A stretch of DNA of 64,000 nt, from NCBI RefSeq assembly GCF_009914755.1, contig NC_060931.1. One strand, given 5' to 3'. The notes beneath the pieces were generated by a model that was not told the origin of the DNA, searched no databases, and saw nothing but the letters and a program-made list of their open reading frames with translations. Each line of letters starts with the position of its first letter. The first letter of the stretch is position 1. This stretch comes from the human T2T-CHM13v2.0 reference genome, Homo sapiens. Below, piece after piece: positions 53,753 to 64,000 of this stretch. The position numbers were made by a program, and so were the translations under genes.

Positions 53753-55041
53753 AATGCAAGAAGGTGTTTCAGGAACCCATCCAGGCACCATTTAACAGGA
53801 TTTATCAGTAACCCAATGTGTCCTGTGGCACCTGCTAGGTAGGGGTGCAGAGAAGCACTGTGACAGAGCCTGGGGCTGTACAGCCTTGTACCTGCAGCTT
53901 CTCATTCTGGGGAGAGGACTGAGCCTCCTCTGCTTTGCGGCCTCATAGCTCCATCCCTCCCGTCCCTGCTTGCCTTCCAGGGCCATTCTCTGCTTTTCTT
54001 CCAGGGCCATTCTGCTTCTCTGCCAACCACCACATGGGTCCCCCTGGGCATTGGCTGCAGGAGAACCTGATTGGCTCAGGTAATCACCAGCTCTTGGACA
54101 CTGGCCAACCAATAGAGCGGCAGCATCCAGGTCAGGTGCCCACCCTTGGTCCAATCAGCTGTGGCCCAACTGCCGTAGGGCCCATGGTGCAGGTGGTGTT
54201 TTTAAAGGGGGCTGCAGGTGAGCCAGGTCTTGCGGTGTCAACTACACGAAAAAAGCGACCCTTTCAGAAGAATTCTAATGAGAGAGCCATGTCGTCTACC
54301 CGGGACATGTGATTGAATTTTTGTGGTGCGATGGGGTATGGGATAAAATCTCTCTTGTGTCATCCTGTGGAGACTTGGTGAAAGGCTCATCACCCACACA
54401 TCCTCCTGGCATTGGACTTGTGTTTTGGAGGGAGTTTGGCTGTGCTGACTCAGGCTTCCCGGGAAGGCACAGGTTTAGAAAAGAGGCTGCTCCTGGGGGC
54501 CAAGCCACCACTGGTTACCTACAGAAAAACTTGAAATTTGGCAGTGAATGGAAAGGGAAAGTGGGCTGACTCTATTGGAGTAACAGGAGCATCTGTGTAC
54601 AGACGCAGAGAGACCTGTGCGGATGGAGAGACAAACACGCCAACACATGCCTAGACAAACAGTGTGGGGCAGAGAGAGAGGCTCTGAGAGCCACAGAGAG
54701 CCACATGCAGGGAGATAAGCACAGAGCCAGAGAGATAGAGACTCAGACACAGAGATAAACACTCATATGAAGCAACACACCCAGTGGCACACTCATTCAC
54801 CCAAGCAAGCAGAGGGCTGTAGGGAGCTTGCAGCTCAAGTGGAGCCAGGCTACTGGAAGTGAACATTGCATTGTCCCTTGATGTGGGAAGCTGAAGCCGT
54901 CTACTACAAAAAGGAAAAGGCCATTTTCCCAAAGATCAGGATTTCATTGTAAAGGAGTTGCTGGGCTCATCTCAAGAAAGGAGGGGCTGACACAAGTCAA
55001 TATAATCCATTTTCAGAGGAAACTGTGTTTTCTAAATTTGA

Positions 55042-55380
<339 letters not shown>

Positions 55381-55828
55381 TAATCCATTTTCATAGGAAA
55401 ATGTGTTTTCTAAATTTGAAAAGCAAAAGCCAAACAAACAAACAAAAAAAGCAATAGAAATACTTTTGGAGAAGTTGCCAAAATGCAGACAAATTCTAAG
55501 CATCTGTTTAGGCTGTGGTTCCAGAAGTCAGAAAGGAACCCCCTCAGGGAACACTGGGGCAGCGGCCCTGAGAGGGTTATCTTTACAGTGCTATGACACT
55601 GGTCAGAGCCTGGAGAAATGGCCAGTCTAATCAGGGCCCACATTGTACAGAGAGATGGCTATTGTCTGTCTGTGGTTTGCACTGTGTAGCTACCCACAGG
55701 AGGGTTGAGCCGCAAAGGAATTGGATACTTACTGTGTTCCAGCCATAGCCAGGCCTCAGGGGCAGGGCCACTACCTGAACAGCTGAAGAAGAAAATGGAT
55801 GAGTTGTCCTGCAGTAAGATGTGGAGCT

Positions 55829-55940
55829 CTGGGAGGCTGAGGTGGGAGAATTGCTTGAGCCTGGGAAGTGGAGGCTGCAGTGAGCTAAGATTGTGACACT
55901 GCACTCCAGCCTGGGTGACAGAGCAAGAAAAAAAAAAAAA
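55829..55940 (+). mobile_element. Alu right-arm fragment
   Basis: Partial consensus with poly-A. Confidence 0.82.
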
Positions 55941-58469
55941 GTGGAGCTCACACTTGAGCCTTAGGCTGCCATGTCTGGAAGGAATCTTAGAAGTTTTCCA
56001 GTCCAACCTTTTCCTTTTTTGCTGGAGAAAGCTGAAGCTGAGAGGCTAAGTGATTCCCCTGAGGTCCTGCAGTAAGTTAATGATGCCCTGGCAGATTCAT
56101 TTACTAAAGGCTGGTGCCCCTCAACCTAGGCCAGCTTTTCCCCTTGGAGGGGGATCAGTTCTGTGGGTGGGGACAAAACCTGATGATAGGTACAAGGATC
56201 TCTAAGAGGGGCTGCTGAGAGGGTACTGGAGAACTGTTAAAGAAATATGTGCTCCATTTTCTATAAGATCTCTCCTTTGGGCCCTTGATAAAGACTTTAT
56301 TTTGGTCATAAAAGGGACAGGGTGGCTCAGGCAACCCCTTTCTCAGTCGTAGAAAAACAATGGAAGGAAGACATAAGTCCTGCAGAGTATAGGTGATCTG
56401 GAGTCCCAGAATCAGGAAGACAGTGAGAAGAGACAGTCAAAGGATGGTATTCATGGGCAGCCTCCTAGATTCCCTCCTCCCCCATTTGCTTATGAATCAC
56501 CGGTTGCTTGTTGATTTGGATGCAAAGTGGCATCTGGTGGGAGAGGGATGAGCAATTCATCTGGGAATGAAATGATAGGGATCTCAGATTGGTAACAGAG
56601 ATCCTCCTTCACAACTGCAAAAGGCTTGCTGGACAGAGAGGTATGTGGAAATCTGAAATTTCCGGCTGAGGTTAGCTTCTGGCTAACCTCCTGATGGGAC
56701 TTATCCATGGTGTCCCTGCCTCTTATTCATGTTCCTACACTGAAAACACCATGACTATCACCATTGGTGACCTCACTGCTCCCGGGATGCGAAGTCAGAG
56801 GATGCAGCCAAACTCTTCTCCACGTCGGGAGAAGTGCGGCTTCTAAGTTCACGGTGGTTTGCCTGAGGTCCTGCAGAGTCCTCAGAACCCAGGTGTCCTG
56901 GCTCGCTGTCACATTCACCCGAGAATCCAGGGAGTCTGGGAGAGCTGCTCTTCCCAGAAAGAGCATCACATTTACATCACTTAGGACCTGGGCCTGGGGC
57001 TGGGGCTATAGACTGAAAGGGAAATGCAGTGAAACAAATCTCGTAGGACCCCCTACCCCCTAAATGACTCCACTGGTCATTGAGATGAAAAAGCCTCAGA
57101 ATTCTTTCAGCTCTCTTCTAGGATCTTCCTTTTGAATGCAAAGGAAGACTGGGAACTCTCCACAGAGTAAAATGTGGGTCTCCATCTCAATGCCCAGAGA
57201 CAAAAGCCAAAAAATGTGAAGAATTTCCAAAGAGCCTCCTTCAAACGGCATCTCCCCCCACCTCTGGCTGTGCTCCACAGGCGCCGTGGATGGGAATGGC
57301 GACTTTCTTCTTTGGGCCCGGCTTGGACAGTTGCCCACTCACTAAAAGCCTGTATGAGGAGAAATGAAATTAGGCATGTCCCCACTCAGCCCATGCACTT
57401 GTCTTCATGTAAGAAGATACTTCTGTGATCTGGCTGACTGATGGGCCTTGTGTGTGGTTCTGCCGGTACATGGCAGGGACGTTTGTACCAGGCAGTGCAC
57501 ACTCTTGCACTCCTGTCCCCAGTGGGAGCAGCCCCTGGGAGAGGGGGTTGAGCAGACAAAAGCACCCCACCTACGCCGGGGCAGTGGAAACTTGTTCACT
57601 TTCCGGGGACCCTTTAAGAGGAGCACTCACTTGACTCAGGGCTCTTTTGTTCTTCTCCTTTGGAGGCTGAACAAAAAAGAATAAGCTGCTGTTCTATCAT
57701 AAGGATTGAAAAAGAGATAGGGGAAGAGCCCTGAGAATTCTCTCTGTAAGATATCTTGAAGAGACTGAGTGATGCTTGATGTGCCGGAGTCCTTGGCCAC
57801 CTGGGTAAATGTCTGCCGGCCCTCACTCTGCCAGCTTATTTCACCCTAACCTCTTCTCCCTTCTCTGCAGGACATAGAGTTCTTTGAGGGTCACTAGGAT
57901 CCCTCAGATGATGAGAAAGAGCACAGAAGATGACAACTCATAGATAATCTTTGGGGAGAGGTTGGGAGTGATAAGAACTGGATTACACAACCCATAGAGA
58001 GCTGTTCCAGTTACCACATGACTATATTAGGGAAGTTGCCTCCCTCTCTGCCAGCACCTGCCAGGTTCGTAAACTTGCCTCAAGCTGTTTTTGCTTCCCT
58101 CTGGCAGACAGAATACTTTCCCTGAAGCACTGACTTAGTGGTGCTATTGTCAACTTCAGACTCTGCAGTAGCACTTGATAGCTGCAGTGCCTGGCCCAGG
58201 GTCCTTGGTGTGGCACCAAAGGCCCCGCCGCAGCCAGGGTGTCCTCCTCCCAGCCTCTACAACTCACCCTGCAAGGCCCTTTGATGTGGCCTTTTGACCT
58301 GGCCACCCACACCCACCACACTTCTCACTTATCCCACACCCCCCAATTTCAATATGACGTTTCACAAACTCCCCACGCCTTCTTCACTGTGCATCCTGTT
58401 CACTGCATTCGCCTTGCGGCTTGAGTCACTTTTCCTCTTGGAAGCTTCTTGACAAACCCCACCTCCCCT

Positions 58470-58932
58470 GTTGGTGTCGGGCGACCTGGCCTCAGAACCT
58501 GTGCTGCTTGCCACTCTGTTAGTTGCTTACCCTTGGGCCAGTGATGGACTCTTGGGCCTCTTTTTTCCTGTGAAATGGGAATAACGACTACTCACCTTAT
58601 AGGTTGTAGGGACCAAGGGAAGTCTAACAGGGTCTGACTATGTTGCCCAGGCTGTCTTGAACTCCTGGCTCAAGTGATCCTCCCACCTCAGCCTCGCTAG
58701 TGGCTGGAACTACAGGTGTGAGCTACCATACCTGGCTAATTTTTTAATTTTTTGTAGAGATAGGGTCTCACCATGTTGCCCAGGCTGGTCTCAAACTCCT
58801 GGGCTCAAGCCATCCTCCCACTGCAGCCTCCTAAAATGCCAGGATTACAGGCATGGGCCACCATGCCCTGCCTGGGTTTTAATAAGTCCCCCAGGTGATT
58901 CTGAGGCACATTGAAGTTTGAGAGCCACTGCT
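58470..58932. mobile_element. MIR fragment, AluJ (minus, about 58625-58875) and MER5 end
   Basis: Consensus similarity of each part. Confidence 0.7.
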
Positions 58933-60149
58933 GTGTTCTATTGCTTGGGACATGAATGGTCTGCAGAATAGTAAAGGACTCGGACTCACCAAACTGCATG
59001 TGCTTCAGAAAGCCAGGCGGCTAACTTGCTAGCCTGATAACATCCCTGTCTGCAGCCTCATTCCTCAGCCCTGACTCTCTATTCAGTCCCTAGAGATAGG
59101 TGTCTTTTAGACGGCTCTTTTTATCCCCTAGCTCATTGGAAGAGGAAGAAAGTTTTGTCTGTACGCTTTGTCTGTGCATGACCTCTCGTTGACACTTCGT
59201 GGAGCCGGGGGCTCAGATGATGGTCGGCAGAGGGGTAGACAGGGTGCTCCTCAGCCCCGTCCTTCTGAGCTCATGTCAAGATTTCCCAGGAGGCAGACAG
59301 AAGGTGGCACTGAGTGGAGAGAGGGAATTCAGGCAGCATGTCTTGGCCTCTCTGGGAGCCAAGGGGGAAGATCCACCCTGCACCCAGCAGCTTTCCTCTT
59401 GGAGCAAGGGCTGCCTGTGTGGCCAAGAAAGGCGAGCCTGGCATGAATGGAGACCTTGTGCCAAAGACCTCGCTGGAGCCGGGAGCCGCAACACAGGGGC
59501 TTTTCACAAGGAGCCTTACAACAGAGGCGGCATTGAGCGTGACTGTGGCCAGCGGGCAGGCGTGGGGTCTGGTGGATGCGTGGCATCGGTAGAACAACAT
59601 TGCTGCTCCTCCTGACCCTGTCTCGGCTGGGGGTGGGGGTGGGGGGCGCTCCCAGATCTCTTCTCAGAGGGGAATACACTAAGAGTCATGTTGTCTCTAG
59701 CTGAAGCTGCCCTGACCCCCTTCGAGGGTGTTTGAGGCTCTACAGGGGCACAGAATAATGAGTGCAGGAGTCAACGTGTGTGTGGAGTAAGCTGGAGGGC
59801 TGGACAGGAATGGGTTAAAGACAGCTGCTTGGAGACATCACCAAAGCATGACTCCACTGGGGCCTAGGCTACCAGCAAAGGGAGGGTGCCAGATGCCTCT
59901 GTCTGTTGAAGGGGGATGGAATCCCAGTGTGCCCCCTCTGAGGGGTCATTGAAAGGTGAGGGAGAGCTGCAGCCTTGCCGAGGGGCTGTGAACGGGCTAC
60001 AAGCCGGGGATGGAGGGCAACTGCCCAGGGGCAGTCAGGATCAGAGGACCATGGGGGTAGGGGCATGGTGGGTTTAATACTTCCAAAGGAAAGGTTTAAT
60101 AATACTTCCCCATATATAGACACACCCTCTCTGTGTCCACCTATAGCCA

Positions 60150-61220
<1,071 letters not shown>

Positions 61221-61346
61221 TAATCAGTGAATTAGCCAGATCCCTGGCTTCCTCTCTCTTTTTGAACCTGATCTTTTCTAGGGTAACCAAGTGTCCCAGT
61301 CTACTTGAGACCAAAGGATTTCCCAGGACACGGGATAGGCATATAT

Positions 61347-61347
<1 letters not shown>

Positions 61348-61376
<29 letters not shown>
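61348..61376. repeat. (CA)n microsatellite
   Basis: Seen directly. Confidence 0.9.
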
Positions 61377-61378
<2 letters not shown>

Positions 61379-62085
61379 ATGTCCAGCATTCTTCACACTC
61401 ATTTCCTTATGTGCTCCAGTAAAATGTGGCCTCCTTCAAGGAAGGATCACTTTACTTTTCTGTATCAGCTGCCACATGGAAGGTGCAATAAATGTTTGCT
61501 GAGAAACAAATGAGCCAATTAATTCCATCCAGGTGAGAAAATTAGGAAAGACTTCATGGGCAAAGGGCCTAAAATATTGGCTTGGATAAACCAGGGCGAG
61601 ATTGAGCGCTGGCCTTCTGGGAGGGAGAGGTTTGGCATCAAGTAGAGGTCAGGCCTGAGTTTCTCCCAGTTGTCTGCCCTCCACCCCAACCCCTGTCCTG
61701 CCCCTCCTGTCTCCACGGCAGCCCTGAGTCAGCCCTCCTGGAGTCTGTTCCCTGGGTCCAGGCTGGGTGACTGTCGTGGTCATGTGGTGGTGATGCCCTG
61801 GCTCCTTGGAGCTCGTTGACAGGCAGGCCAAGGAGATCTGGGAGCAGTCCTGGAGGTCTTGCAGGCCCAGCCCTCTGGGATGACACCTGTCTTGGGGTCA
61901 CTTGATTTTTAGGAAAAATGCTGTTGTGTTTTCAGTCTCCTACCAGAGACAGACAAACACTCCTGGCCAGGTCATCTTGGGGCCTCCCCTGGGGCCCTGC
62001 CCGGGCCTCTGAGGTGGCGGATAGACTCTCACAAGCTCAGGTTTGGGGGTGGGGGTGCTGAGGAGGCCTCTGAAGAAAAGACTGG

Positions 62086-62396
62086 GGCCCCGCATGGTGG
62101 TTTACGTCTGTAATCCCAGCACTTTGAGAGGCTGAGGCAGGCTGATCACCTGAGGTCAGGAGTTCAAGACCAGCCTGTGTGGCACAGTAAAACCCCGTCT
62201 CTACTAAAAAGTACAAAAAATTAGCCAGGCATGATGGCATGTGCCTGTAATCCCAGCTACTCAGGAGCCTGAGGCATGAGAATCATTTTAACCTGGGAGG
62301 CGGAGGTTGCAGTGAGCTGAGATTGCACCACTGCACTCCAGCCTGGGCGACAGAGTGAGACCCCATCTCAAAAAAAAAAAAAGAAAGAAAAGAAAA
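62086..62396 (+). mobile_element. AluS-like
   Basis: Alu consensus. Confidence 0.9.
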
Positions 62397-62749
62397 GATT
62401 AAGGCCAGAGAGGAGCAGAGGGGAGCAGAGTGGAGGACTCAGGTGAGCACCAGGCAAAGCCAAGGCCTTGGCCACTAGCAGTTTTTGGTCCTTAACAGGG
62501 CTCAGCTAAGTGGGGCAGCACAAGGCACCCATATAATTGCCAGGAGCCCCCACTCAGGCCTCCCTGCGCCCTGCCCCAACTTGTGAACCACGTTCTGTCT
62601 TCCTATTCCCCTCCCTTCTCTTTTCTCTCCACCCTCCCAGGTCTGTACCTTGGTGCTCTCCTCCCTGTTGCCAGTCCCTGCATCTTAGCCCAGGAGAGGA
62701 TGCCGTGGGTCAAGGGAGTCTCCTTTAACTACCCTAGCTGCCCCGTTAC

Positions 62750-63342
<593 letters not shown>

Positions 63343-63887
63343 TGCCCCTGCAGTTCTACAACTTCTTCTTTTAACCTGAGGGGAGCCAGGGAAAACACAG
63401 GGAGGTTTTGGGGTCCAGGGGAATTAGCAGCCGTAATTACTTGACTCCTTTGGCAAGTGGAGACCTACAGACCCTACTGCCTTGCTTTTGGCATTTTCTC
63501 ACCAGCCCACTCTACCAGTGCCCACACTCCTTTGGTCCAGAGCACCGAGTTTCCTCTGGCCCCCAGCTCTGCCTATTCTGTGGCATGGAGATCTGCCCTG
63601 GGAGGGACTATGACGACCCTGTGCCCATACTCTTCTTCATAGCAGAACAGACAGACCCAGAGCAGCGAAGTTGTTTGTTCAAGATCGCACTGTTTGTCAT
63701 TGGCAAAGCTGAGAACTCATTGATTTATTTATTCATTGGACACGTATATTTATTGAATCCCTAATGTGTGCCAGATGCTTTCCAAGGCACGTGTGACACA
63801 ACACTGTTTGAAACAATGTGACGATACCATTAGTGTAACAACGGAACAGAATTAACAATAACTACCATTTTTTATAATGCAATGAGT

Positions 63888-64000
63888 ATTTTTTTTTTTT
63901 GAGACAAAATTTCGCTCTTATGGCCCAGGCTGGAGTGCAATGGCACAATCTCGGCTCACTGCAAACTCCGCCTCCCCAGTTCAAGCAATTCTCCTGCCTC
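63888..64000 (-). mobile_element. Alu (cut by the window end)
   Basis: Poly-T followed by the reverse right arm. Confidence 0.88.

Noticed and set aside
56951-56959. Single GAS site TTCCCAGAA (also TTCCTGGAA at 3121)
   Set aside because: Lone 9-mers without a supporting motif cluster.

Overview
Human (primate) genomic DNA containing the 5' end of PODXL (podocalyxin) on the minus strand, which places it on chr7q32 by gene recognition. Coding exon 1 is 7919->7820: it encodes MRCALALSALLLLLSTPPLLPSSPSPSPSPSQN plus one base and ends at a canonical AATG|GTGAGT donor. It sits in a CpG island with a TATA-less GC-box/EGR-WT1 promoter. Bases 1-7819 are the start of intron 1, and I see no exon 2 in the window. 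The ~55 kb upstream shows no other recognisable protein-coding exon. It holds roughly 70 Alu elements or fragments (about 30% by eye), L1/L2/MIR relics, several solo LTRs (LTR7/HERV-H, MER57A, MER4A, MSTB, MLT1, MER39-like, LTR16-like) and microsatellites. The other ORFs in the track are Alu-, L1-, microsatellite- or GC-content artefacts, or short chance ORFs. I found no new protein-coding system. The best leads are non-coding: (1) an intact solo LTR7 co-oriented with PODXL ~31 kb upstream, abutting a 1-kb TG/CA tract and near a GATA cluster; (2) a 34-bp near-perfect hairpin with pri-miRNA-like geometry; (3) a duplicated 27-bp ETS-containing element upstream of the promoter; (4) a possible upstream alternative first exon; (5) several motif-dense enhancer candidates; (6) retrotransposon architectures (nested LTRs, a twin-primed L1, head-to-head Alus sharing one endonuclease site). 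Repeat family names come from recognising consensus sequences by memory, and repeat boundaries are approximate unless a TSD is given.
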